Source: Yuukianura sp. NJ FZ-2021
Lineage: Eukaryota
Reading direction: 5' to 3'
DNA length: 64,000 nucleotides
Assembly: GCA_046563655.1 (NCBI GenBank)
Contig: CM102290.1
Span: 3,224,001-3,288,000, forward strand
In this document: positions 35,421 to 47,651 of the stretch, piece after piece
Position numbering within the stretch: the first letter of the stretch is position 1
Layout of the letters: every line of letters starts with the position of its first letter
Program-made: the position numbers and the translations under genes
The notes under the pieces: model-generated
The model's database searches: none
Seen by the model: the letters and a program-made list of their open reading frames with translations, nothing else
Told to the model about the DNA's origin: nothing

Positions 35421-38400
35421 ATGCCGGTTAGCGCAAGCACGATGGACGAAAGCCCTCGCAAAGGTTAGTTCAGTACACCAATGAAAACAGCTAGAAGATA
35501 AAAAAAATATCTGACAATATTTACATTTATTGTTGCAGGAGAGAAGATCTTTATGATCCCGAAAGTGAAGACTGAAAAATCTACGACTATTCTAATTGAA
35601 AAACGCGACGTAGAGCTTGTAGATAAAAGTGACAATGTTCATGTAGCTGGAGGACATCATGAAGGGCTGATAATTCAAAAGGATTTGGCTAAGGGTGGAA
35701 GCGGTTAGTTTACAAGCTACCATGATTAATATTGCTCATAACAAATAACGACGACAAAACATCGGTTTTTATTTTCAGCGAGTGACGCTGGTCCATGCAA
35801 GGCATCGCTTGAATTCAAAGTGTTTCTAGTCAATGCCAAAACGCTGAAGCACACTCTAGAAAGTAGGATACTCCGCTTTTGGTTCAAGGATACTTGCAGT
35901 AATGGGATTGACTATGCAAAATCTGCACAAGAATTCTTTAAACTTCTTGTGAGCCCCACGGACTTCCCACGAGGTTAGAACAATGTTTTTTTTTCTTTTG
36001 CATTTAACTTCTGTTCTTAATTTGTTGTTGCAAAATGTAGATTACGTTGGATTTATTACGAAAACGTTGAAGCTGCTTCAAAATGGTCACAACCCGGAGA
36101 TTCGTTGCATCGAAATGGAGCTTAATCAGTTAGAGGAATTGGAAACCGCTCCGGAGCGACCCAGTAAGTTATAAATACCTAAAGTTACGAAATATTCATC
36201 AAAATCACGCAGTTCGTTAGGAAGAAATCGTAATTTATAACGTTAAGCACTGAAGTAAGTTATTCAGTAGCTCAGCGTCGTAATGTTAATATAAAATGTA
36301 TGTTCTGGAATTAGCCTTACCAAACGGACTACTCATTACACTTAATAGCAGGCGAACTCCTTTACGTAAAGGTCAGGTTTTACTTTTCGGTTTTGCTGTG
36401 ATTCAACAACGACTAAAACGTCTTACCGTGGGTGCCGTACTTACAGTTCGGATTGTCTTTTCTGTGTTAACCCTACGAATGTAACTTGTCAAGGATTTCT
36501 TCTCTGATTTGAAATCCTTTACTACTTCCAACACTTATCTTACTAACTTGAGTGACAAGTATCACTGTTAAATTCATCCTGTTGGTTTTTGAAATTATCC
36601 TGTTCGTATAGTGTGTCTTTTGTCCAAAAGATTTCCAATATTGACTTTTTTCTTACTTTTCAGTGTCAGCCGATGATGGTACGCTCGGAGGTGGTGAGAA
36701 GATCCAAGTGACAGAGACAAAAGTATTGGAAATGATTGAATCGGCTTATCCAAATCCATTGTCACTTACTGAAATTGCCAAGTAAGACTAATTTTAAAAT
36801 TGGGCTGAACGTTGAGCAAGTTTTTATAGTTGTGCAATGCTGTTAGGCAAACTTTGAGCGAGGAAGAAGAAATCTTGAGCCATTTGACTTCATTGCAAGA
36901 CAAGTCTTTGATCAAAGCGCTGGACAATAATTCGTTTACGCGTGTTGTCCAGAATGAGCGCAGCGTCAAGGTAAAAATCCAACCTAATCGCTTTATAATG
37001 CTCGAGTCAACGAAAAAGTGTGAAACTCAAGTCATGTGACTTTTCCTTCAGATTGTGAACCAAATGCCACAAATCGGAAAACGAAAGCAGCCTACCATTG
37101 CCATCATAACTGCTCAATATTGTGAGAAATTGGCTGTCGATGCTATGATTGAGGATCAGGAAACGTTTGTTCGTTACACTACTGTTGGTATGTGTTGATG
37201 ATGTTTTGAACTTTACATTTGCTAAATTCCTACGTTATTAAAACTTTAGGAGAATCAAACGTGTACACTCTGGGCACAATTGGTTACCATCGGGTTGTTT
37301 CAACAAAACTACCAAGCGTGGGACACACAAGGGAAGCCATGATTGCTGCTGGAAATACAACCACACGTCTATTGGGTACGTTTTGCAGTCCACAATCTAC
37401 CATTTTTAAATACAATTTTGCAAAACCATGGTCTTTTTTTTTGTTTTACGTAGGAACTTTCCAAAAAGTGGACTTTGTGTTTCTTGTGGGTGTTGGTGGC
37501 GGAGTTCCACATTTTACGGACTATGCTAAACATGTTCGACTGGGTGACCTCGTAGTTGGATCTGCGGAAGGGACTGGAAGGTAAGCAGACTTTCACTATA
37601 TGAGATTTTTACTTGAATTTTTAACAAGTTTAAGGAGATCTATGTTTTCAATTCATAGATCCGTTTACATGTATTGCAAAAAGAAACTGGAGCGCAGTGA
37701 TGGGAAATCGGAATTTGACACGAGAGGCTGGATTCCAAGTTCAAATATTCTTCAACAACTAGCCAAAGCTGTTTCCACCGGAGTACGTTATTTGTAATTG
37801 TCGTAGTGTTAACTGGTTTAAAAACATAACTTTTAATTTAATACAAATGTTTTAAAGGGCGAAGAGGATTGGGCAGACCATTACGAAGGAGGCTACAAGA
37901 AGTTGAAAGAGCAAGAAGCTGACTTCTCTCGACCTCCGCCATCTTCCGATAAGTTGTACATGGCTATTGGAGAGCGAGAAGTGATTGAAGTTGCTCATCC
38001 TCAACCGCTATCAGCTGATGAAGCTAAAAAGTAAGTTTTCAACTTCGGTGTTAACTTATTGACCTTCTCGTGTTCGGGATTGTAACACTCAATTGTTTTC
38101 AGGAATCGCTTGGAATCTAGAATTCATTTCGGCACAGTTGCATCGGGAAGAGAAATTGCACGGGATGATCACGCTCGACAGGAAATGGCTTCGCACCATG
38201 GCATCTTGGCCTATGATTCTGAATTTGACGCTGTTTTGGAAAGTATCATTGGAAATTGTCGAGATGCTTTCATTGTGATTCGTGGAATTTCGGACTACAA
38301 GGTAACCTTCCGAATTTCAGTTTCACTTGTTACTTGTAACCCCCAATTGTCATGGCTGTGTTTAGGATGGTACTCGACGACGGGATTGGCAACCTCATGC

Positions 38401-38467
38401 AGCACTTTTGGCAGCCGCATTTACGAAAGCTCTCATCATGCGTATGGATCCTCCAGAAGATGCGTAA
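35421..38467 (+). CDS. Protein with N-terminal domain, probable winged helix and C-terminal purine nucleoside phosphorylase (PNP_UDP_1) family domain; recalled as Drosophila CG12065-like
   Basis: Multi-exon in-frame model from ATG 35421 to TAA 38465-38467. Motifs PTIAIITAQYCEKLAVDAM, FLVGVGGGVPH..VRLGDLVV, IHFGTVASG and IRGISDYKDG..DWQPHAALLAAA. Confidence 0.88.
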
Positions 38468-39439
38468 GATTTACATTATGAAGTTGACGGAACTTAATTG
38501 GCCTATGATTCCTCGTTCGGTGCGACATTCTACTTCTTAAATTTCAGTTAACTCGTATACTTACTTAGACAAGTCTCAAATTATTAGCAACTAATAGGCT
38601 TAACAGCTCTAAAGACACGCTGACCTTCCTTATGAGCCCAGTGCTAGTGCTAGCAAATTAAGGACGAAATGCTTGAGATGCTTGTCAAAAGCTGAATTAT
38701 TTTGTTCAGAATATCCTATAAACTATTATATTTAAGTGTCAACTCTATGTCACTGCACTAGTGGAACCAAATCAGCGTACAAAAAGAAAAACTACAAATG
38801 CCCAGTCTCATCACGTCTCACCAAAATCTGATATTATAATTAAGCATCGAACTCTCTTTAATTAAGATTAGAATTACAATTGAAATTTAAATTAGAATTG
38901 AGTTAATTATTATGCACAAAATGTTTTCTTTTTCATATAATTGTTATATACAAAAAGTGTTCAGTTTACATCATCAGAGTCTTAAAAAATGATTATTCAC
39001 AGAGTTAGTCAATACTGCTTGCCTAAACTCAGGTTTAAGTTTCAAATTTTCAATTAAGTTTAATTTTTAGTGAAAGTGAACGAAAGGTTAATTCACTTAT
39101 TGATCAAAATAGATATAGTAAATGTAAGATTCTTAAAAAATCGAACAAATAAAGATCAAACCACCATACCATCAACATGATATTGGTGTTAACCCCAATA
39201 ACTTCGTGTTCTTATGCTACCCATCACTAAAAGTGCTTTTAAAACGTTAATTTAATTCAAAGTTAATTAAGAGCAGTATAAGAACCAAGGTGTCAATTTA
39301 AGAGTTTCATCTGCTGTAGTCTAGTTTCAATGTTGTTTTCCTTCCGTAACAACGAGGACCCCGTTGTTACGTGTACACAGTACACAGTGACCCCGCATGA
39401 CCTTAACATTTCAAACAGTCCAAGTTAGCATTACTTTCA

Positions 39440-41070
39440 TTATGGAAGTTCCATATCTTAGTAAGGATGGAGCCTCATGTTCCTGGACGAAGAGTTTGGC
39501 GTGTTTGGCGCATGGATTTGGCGATTGAATTTCCCTGCTTTCATGGTTTTCTGAAAATGTTCAGCTGTTGAAGCGTTATTTTCAGTATTTCGTCTGTCTA
39601 CAAAACACAAGAAAAGTAAATGTTAGAGGTCACTAAATGTTGCGCTGGTTAGGAAACATGGGGCGCAGAAGTAGAAATAGTCTCATTTGACCTTTGGTTG
39701 TTGACCTTCATGTACTGGGTGTTTCCGAATGTGGATTATTTGTGGATGGTTGTGATTCTAATTTGCATGTAGCTTTAGAACTCGTGTCTCACTTTCCCCT
39801 CCTTTTCTTTACCGTATCGGACCATCGAGTCCATTGTCATGCTGCAATTATGACATATTTTTGGGCGGCCTGTTTTCGGGCCACATTAAAACTATGGCAA
39901 ATCAACACTTGAACAAAAATTTGCCAATTTTTTTTGAATTTTTAACTTTGACGGTATCAATTTTTAGGTTTTAGTTTATCCGTGTAACGTTAAACTGCAC
40001 TTAAAATTGAATTTTGAAGACTTAATGCAGTAGAAGTACGGAGGATGCGCAGTTGAAAGTTACAGAACACTTTCACAATTTTGAAACTTTTGAAACTAAT
40101 TCGTGTCGAACTCACTTAGAAACGATTATTAATCGAATTTGAAATGTTATTCATAAGGGATAATCGTTTCCAGTTGCAATTACTTGTTAAGTTCCGGTAA
40201 TTCAGATTAAAAGTCTGCTTCTTTGTCTTTCGCAAGGGATCTCCTTGAAAATAAACAACTGAAAATTAATAAAGAATGTTAGTTAGCATTCATTGTTAAA
40301 CGGCTGAAGTCTAATTTAGTCTATGCGTTATGCGTACCGTCATAAGTATCGGAAAAACTGAAGAATGTCGGATTCATAGTTCCTTCCAGGCTACAAGTGC
40401 CAGTTATCTAACTACTAACACGGAGTTTCTTGATCGTTGACCTATCTCAGGGTCTGCGTCCGACAATTCCCTCATCCTGTGTCACGTCTGGGTCGCTTCA
40501 ACTCTGTAATAGTTCAAGGACATTGTTACTAATTAAATACAAACTCTTGTCAGGACTTAGTCCATAGCCAAAATCAATGGTAGCGAAAGTAAGTTCCCTT
40601 AAGTTTGACGCATTGACATAGACGTTAGGACTTTCCGAACTACGGATAGTTAACTACGCCCTCCTTCTTGACCTTACCAATCTATCCGAATCGGATTTCG
40701 ACGTCCAGATTCATTTTTAATTCGTTTTACCCTCGGCAACAAATTGTAGGTCGTAAAACCTGGATCTTCTTGCGTATTGTGGACGATACGTCCCAGGATT
40801 CATGCCGTAACCTTTGACACGGTTGCCCAGGGCCTTCACATAAGCACAAGTCCACATTCCTGGACATATTTATACTTGAATTAACGTAAAATTTTAATTT
40901 TACGACCAAAACAATTAGTTTACAAGGTGTAGTTCGGAGTAAACCGACAAAGAGAAGATAAAGTGCACGGTATGTCCATACCCAAAAAGTATTGTACAAC
41001 TCCTCACTACTACAGGCGAAAAACCCTACCTCCACCTAGTTCCTTCCGGCGCCAATTTCAAACCTCACTG
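39440..41070 (-). ncRNA. Putative spliced lncRNA or small-ORF transcript divergent from ILK
   Basis: Several minus-strand exon-like blocks with GT/AG ends and an Inr-like TCAGT near 41070. Only short ORFs. Confidence 0.3.
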
Positions 41071-42141
41071 AAATTTAAATTCACAATCAAAACAATAAAC
41101 ATAAACAACAATTTTGTTATTGTTGTAAATAAAGCAAACAAACGTAAATACAAATTACAAAAAATTAACTGAAATAATTAACTAATGACAAATGAAACCG
41201 CCGGAAAGTTCCCTTTTTTGACAATTAACGATTACTCCAAACCAACTATTATATTCGCAATTATTAAATGTCAACTGCTAAGTATTTCGGCATTGAAGTG
41301 AAGTTGATGATTGATCATGGATGGCATAAGTAATGTATCTGCTGGACTTAAGAACGTTCGTTTTTAGAAAGTTCAATGAATTGAAACCCCAAAAATGGAT
41401 GTTGAATAATTTCGATTTATTGAATTTGAGATATTTCCACTGTTATGATTAGTGAAATGACGGATGAGAGTGTGGAGAGTGGCTTCAGTGGAGAGAACAT
41501 GACCGTTAATCGTTGATGAGTAATATAAAGTGGAAATTAAGCGAATTTGCAAGTGTAGGTGGATTCATAATTTTTCAGTCCTTGCCCAAATGGATCCACC
41601 GTAGCTAAAACTTCAATGGATGGATGGGTGTGGGTATACTACGGTAAGTTTTGAACAAGTTTTTGCTCTTATGTCACTTTGTGGAGGAGTTCTCAGCCTT
41701 CTTCCTGTATCCTCTGCATATGGTCTTTCAGAAAATTTAAGACAAAATCTAGGCCAAACCCAGTACAAGAGCTTATACACTTTTATTTTCAGGCAGAAGA
41801 ATCAACCATTCAACGGCCCACTCGAATAGTGTCTTGGTTGTAGACGTAGAGGAAGGAAACAACTGCAAACGGCTCGTAAGTCCATTGACAATTGATTGTT
41901 CACACGAATCAATATCAATTTAAACAAAGTGAAATGATTTGCTCTTGTGTATAATTCCAGAGTGCCGAATGGATAGGTGAATTCGACAGGCGACACTCAC
42001 ATATCAAGCATATCAACGAAGCAACCTGCTAAAGGACTTTGTCGCGACGGGAAAACGAATACAAACGCAAATCATTGAGCCTAGTAAATTACTGAGTAAA
42101 CAGTGCACTAGGCCGTCTGGTTTCTCAATCGCTGGCCTACT

Positions 42142-44608
42142 ATGGAAAATTTATTTCAGTCACTGTGGTGTCGCGAAGGGAATCTTCTTCAAGTACGTCT
42201 TTGGCTGGAAGATGTTGAAAACGATTTGAATCAAGGGTGAGACTTAACTGGTTTTTTGTCAAGTTCACAAATTCGTCGACATTTTACAGCGATATTACCT
42301 ACTTATGTTTGTCTTTGATTTTTTTTGTCAGGGATGATCATGGATTTAGCCCGTTGCACTGGGCAGCTAAGTACGGTCAGTACAAAATTGCCGAGTTACT
42401 CATTCAACGAGGAGCGAGGATCAATGTTGTCAACAAAGGTGATGACACACCACTTCACGAAGCCGCGGCTCATGGACACCACGACGTCGTTAGGCTGGTA
42501 AGACGTTCTTTGGCTTTACCTTAGTCATTCCGTTAAATCTGAAAGTATTTACGAATTGTTTCCTTGTCTTTCAGCTACTTCACAACAGAGCCGAAGTAAA
42601 TGCAATCAACGAACACGGAAATACTGCGCTTCACTATGCTTGCTTCTGGGGTTACGCTGATTTGGCAGACGAATTGGTTGGAAAGTTTGGTGCCTTAGTG
42701 TCCGTTACCAATCGTGATGGCGATACACCACTGGACAAGTGCAAGGGGTCTCTCTCTAAACGGCTGCATGGTGAGGAATTACGAACTTCAATTCAACTTA
42801 ATTTTAACGCAAATATTCCCAATCTTACGTAATTTTAGCCTAACTGTATGTAATTTAAAATTCTTGCATTATTACAGAAAGGGCTGTGGAATCTGGACAA
42901 GATTTGAAGAAAATCCCATATAAAGATCAAAGCTGGCTTGGGCTCAAGACTCATCGCAGCCGTAAGTACCACTATCGATTATTATGGAATTTCACAACAC
43001 TTTTAATTACCTAGAACTTCGTATTCCAGTGTTTCCTTAAGTTAAAGTTGTAGTTGTATTTTTCATGCTCAATGAAGTGACATACATGTCAAGCCAGGAT
43101 TTGGTTCTGCATGTTGGGAAAACTTGGCAAGGGATACTGCTGATTTCTTTTGTGATGGAACATGAGATGGAATCAGAGAGAGTACAAGGAAGCAAAGTCC
43201 TGTAGGAATTTATGACAAGATACGACTTAAGCTTCGGTGTGAAATGAAGTTTAATTATTCATTCGGTGCGGGCTTTATTTAGGGGTGGGTGGTATGGCAG
43301 TTCCGACACAAATTATTACTATGTCTCCAGGAATTGTTCCAAAAGAAACAACTCCTCGGCAGAATTAGTTTTTGAAAAGTCAATTCTAGCAGAGACTCTT
43401 GATATTTTAAGATTCGCATCTGTAGAGGATTTTGTTTTGTTAAATTCGTCACAAACGCAGCGGTACTGGTTATTAACAGTGTTTTTCGCTTTGCAGGGGA
43501 TGCTACGCTCTCTAGACATAAAGGAATAAACGTCAAGGACTTGGCCTTAACTCAACAGTTGTCCGAATCCAGCTCGAGTCAAACTTGGAAAGGACGTTGG
43601 CAGGGAGCCGAAGTTGTTGCTAAAATTTTACGTCTGCGTGAATGTACTCCGCGAATTTCGAGGGATTTCAATGAAGAATTTCCGAAACTGAGGTATTTTA
43701 ACACAAAGCAAAAGTTTTTGAAAGTATAATTCATTACAGTTTACTAAAAACGGATTTTTCTTTGCAGGATTTTCTCACATCCCAATATTCTGCCAGTAAT
43801 TGGATGTTGCAACTCACCTCCAGATTTGGTCGTAATTAGCCAGTACATGCCTTATGGATCACTCTACAACGTCCTCCATCAAAGTACGAACATTGTAGTT
43901 GACTCGGCTCAAGCACTTCGATTTGCCTTGGACATCGGACGTGGAATGGCATATTTTCATAATCTGGAAAAATTTATTCCTAATTTTTACTTGAACAGTT
44001 TTCACGTCATGGTGAGCTTATAAAAGCTTATTTTTCGTAACTTTTTAAACTAATTGTTATCAACTTACAGATTGACGAAGATTTGACTGCTAGACTTAGC
44101 ATGTCGGATGCAAAGTTTAGCTTCCAGGATAAGGGTAAACTTTATCATACTGCTTGGATGTCTCCTGAATGTAAGTGTGAAATTTAAAAGTACTACAATA
44201 TTGGCAGTACCTACTCCTTTCTAATTGATATTAATCTTTGACAGCTTTGAAAAAGAAGCAAGCCGATATCAACATCAAAGCAGCGGATATGTGGAGCTTT
44301 GCAATTGTTTTATGGGAATTAGCCACACGAAATGTTCCCTTCGCAGATCTCAGTCCAATGGAAGCTGGGATGAAGGTACAGCATTCTTAATTTTATGTCA
44401 GCCTATGAATTTAAGATTTTTTAATTTGTAATGTCATATTTTGGATTTGTAGATTGCAATGGAGAGCCTTCGAGTCTCAATTCCGCCAGGAACGTCTCCG
44501 CACTTGACCAAACTCATTCGAATTTGCATGAATGAGGATCCAGGGAAACGTCCAACATTTGATATGGTCGTTCCAATCATTGAGAAAATGCAGGCCCACT
44601 CTTCCTAA
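42142..44608 (+). CDS. ILK: Integrin-linked kinase (ankyrin repeats + pseudokinase)
   Basis: [30 protein letters not shown], ankyrin repeats, [51 protein letters not shown] and [14 protein letters not shown] all match ILK. Confidence 0.97.
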
Positions 44609-46388
44609 GGGGACTCCAACAACTATCATCATGGCAGACACATATTCTCCATCTTTCTAAGCCTTCACTGCCGCCATCGTCAACTTCATAGTTGTGCTTC
44701 CAGTGTTCATTGCTTTGGTGTATACCAAACCAAGTTCTGTATTACTCTAAAAGACCCGTTTTTGAAATTTCGCGTCCATGGAATCTAAACCGTCACTCAT
44801 CAACAACACTACGCTGCCTTATGTACTATTTACCCACCAAAGTGTTTTTCATTTCAAAAAACAACGCCTTTGGAACTCGTTGTTCTCAGCTTTAAAGCAA
44901 GTATTGCAAAATATTTAGGTTAATCGTTTATTACAACTACTCAGGCAAAGCACAATTCTCTAAAGTTTTCTACCTCACACAATTCACAGCATTTTTTGTC
45001 CAACTGTATACTAAAACGTTTGTAAAAAGTGACATGTAGCAGATCTATGCTTCTTCAGTTGTACATTTCTGTAAAAATCACTTTGAAATTAGAAATTTTA
45101 GTAATCGGCCTCTCTTGCTTCCAACAATTTTAAAGCTTAGACTCTAATTAGTTGAATTTTTTTTAGTCCTTAAAAAGTTCTCGCCACAAAGAACCCCGGT
45201 GCTATGTGTAGTTTCTGCAAGAGTTTAGTTTTAGACAATGTCTATGGAATAATGAAAACTAATTTTGTTTATCACAATGACATAAATGTCTACAATGTCA
45301 AAATAATGACAAGGACGAAGTGTTTTAAAACTACAAAACGAAACTGCCAAACTAAAATCTTACTTTGAATGTAATTTTAAATTTAACGTTTAGGTTTATA
45401 CTTACTACCTACTTAAAACTGTTAAAAACAAAGATGAACTCATCATGTTGTGTGCCTTTGCTTTCAAAATATAACTTAAGAAATAACTGCTCTGGAATTT
45501 TAACAAAAAAAAATGATCTAAAAATAGTAAAGTAGAGTGATCTAAATTTATAACTGAACTTGTAGATTTAGTGAAAAAAGTGGTCGAAACTATTAAAATT
45601 GTGAACTTGAAAGTATTAATAAAAACCAAAACCTTAATTTTCATTTACTTTTTTCATCAAATTTTCGTGTCCAATGTTCTCATATGTTAAGCTTGGTTGC
45701 TCATATCTGCTGATTGACTTGACCTGTTGTTTTGTTGACCTCGGCAGAGGTCATTGACCTCCCGTTTTGAAATTTCGCGCCTACTACATGGTGCTGATTT
45801 AACTTCTTTTTTTTTTGTTATCTAAATCCAACTGGTCAATCAATAATCGTTTAACGCCAAAAAACTAGGCTATAAGGAAAAACAAAAACCAGCGAAAAAA
45901 AATTCCGTTTTTGAAATAATGTTTTGTTTTTCAGAATTGATTGAGATGAATGGTAGAGAATTAGGCAAAGTCATTTATAACAGTTCAAAGAAACCAATTA
46001 CTCAAACATTACACTTTGACTTGTTCTTGTTCTGGAGTCATTTCATGGATTCAACACGCCACGGTGAACTCGAAGAACATAACCTTTGTAAAAAGAAAAA
46101 AATTCAACTAAAAGTTATGGTGACATTTTGAGTAATTTGATTAACACTTCTGGATCACCAGTCATCTCCGGTGTCACTAAACCCATTACTTCCCAAGGGG
46201 ATTAAACTTAAGTTAAACTGCAGTTAACTTTCAATTTACTCCAATTTCCATAAATATTTCACTCCAGTTTTACCAATTTCAAAATTCCAAAACCAGGCCA
46301 ACATTTCATCAATGCCAGAATTTTTCAAAACTACTCCCAATCAATTTTCTTTAAAAGCTGATTCAAAAATTTTAAACTAGACGAGACG

Positions 46389-46659
46389 CAAGGTTCCTTG
46401 ACAACGAATAGATTTTCTTTAATAGGTTGGGTACTACCTTGCTTGTTGACAGAAAAACGAGACAAAAAAGTTGGTGCTAATTTCAGTACCAATCCGAAAA
46501 ATTGCTACCAATTTGTATTAAAAAATTCGACTGTATCGTTATGACTACGATGCCCTGAAAGACAAGACACTCACTTTTTTTTTTGCAAATTCAAAAAAAA
46601 AAAAAAAAACATGAGGTATTACCCAACCTATTAAAGAAAATCTAAATCAACAAACCATG
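46389..46659. mobile_element. MITE with 8-bp TSD (P- or hAT-like), copy 1
   Basis: Termini CAAGGTT...AACCATG, subterminal inverted GATTTTCTTTAATAGGTTGGGTA, exact TSD ACGAGACG (46381-88 and 46660-67). Confidence 0.9.
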
Positions 46660-47651
46660 ACGAGACGGATCAAAAGTTTATGGTTTGCAGAAATTATACT
46701 CCCGAAAAGTTTGACAGTGCGATGGTTAAGATGTAAATTATGGAAAAACTAGCCTTTGACCTTTGACCTCACTTTTTAAATTTATCCAAAATGCTAACCT
46801 AACTTTTGTTATGATTTATGATTCAAGTACCCATGTAGATACCGAAAGTACCCGTAAATAATTTTAAGGTTGGGATTGCGTTATCCTGGAATCGTAGATG
46901 GGGAAAAGATTTCTTTATTCGAATCCAATGAATCTTCTGTTTTTGTGAACATGGAATAAGAGGCTTTGGGCCGATGACTTCTAAATATAGTTGAGAACAT
47001 CTTAGGATTTCTGAATTCTAAAAATACGGTTTAGGGCATATGACTACGTTCAAATCCAGGAAATCTTGAGAAGTGTACTTAACAACCCTTCATCCCCTTC
47101 CGCCACTTCAATTCCCCTCCAGTGTCGGGACACGACGCTTCAAACACTTTCAGTCAGCATCAAACCGCATAAACTTTACTTTTGAAACAATTGGACACCC
47201 TAGTTGGGCAATTCTTTCAAAGTCTTGACCCCCCTTGACCTTTTGGTCACTTGGTTCCAAGTTTAATACAATTCGCAACCGCAGTGCAAAAAAGACATAA
47301 GAAGTTAAAGTTGCGAAGTTCAAGTCAGCGTCTGGTCTATGTGTTTTGTATGGTGGTAAACAGTTTATCAGGGGAAAAGCAGAGTGTTTTGTGCGATGAC
47401 CTTGTGCTCCGGAGGTCAAGTCATTCGGTATTAAACCTCTAAGAAACTTAAAGGTTCCAATCTTCAAATTAAGAAAAAGAACATTGACCTTAACTTGTAC
47501 ACGCATCACTTCCTCAATAGCGTCCACTAGTCTAATCTCTCAGTATTTTTTGGAAGTTCAGAATGTTTTGAGCTTCAGTACAAAAAGTATCAAAATTTTG
47601 TTTCAAAACAAAAATTCTGGAAGTGAAAGTTCTGAAAGTGAAAAATAAAAA

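Noticed and set aside
43090..43190. H/ACA snoRNA candidate in the ILK intron
   Set aside because: Two weak hairpins, but no proper ANANNA hinge box.
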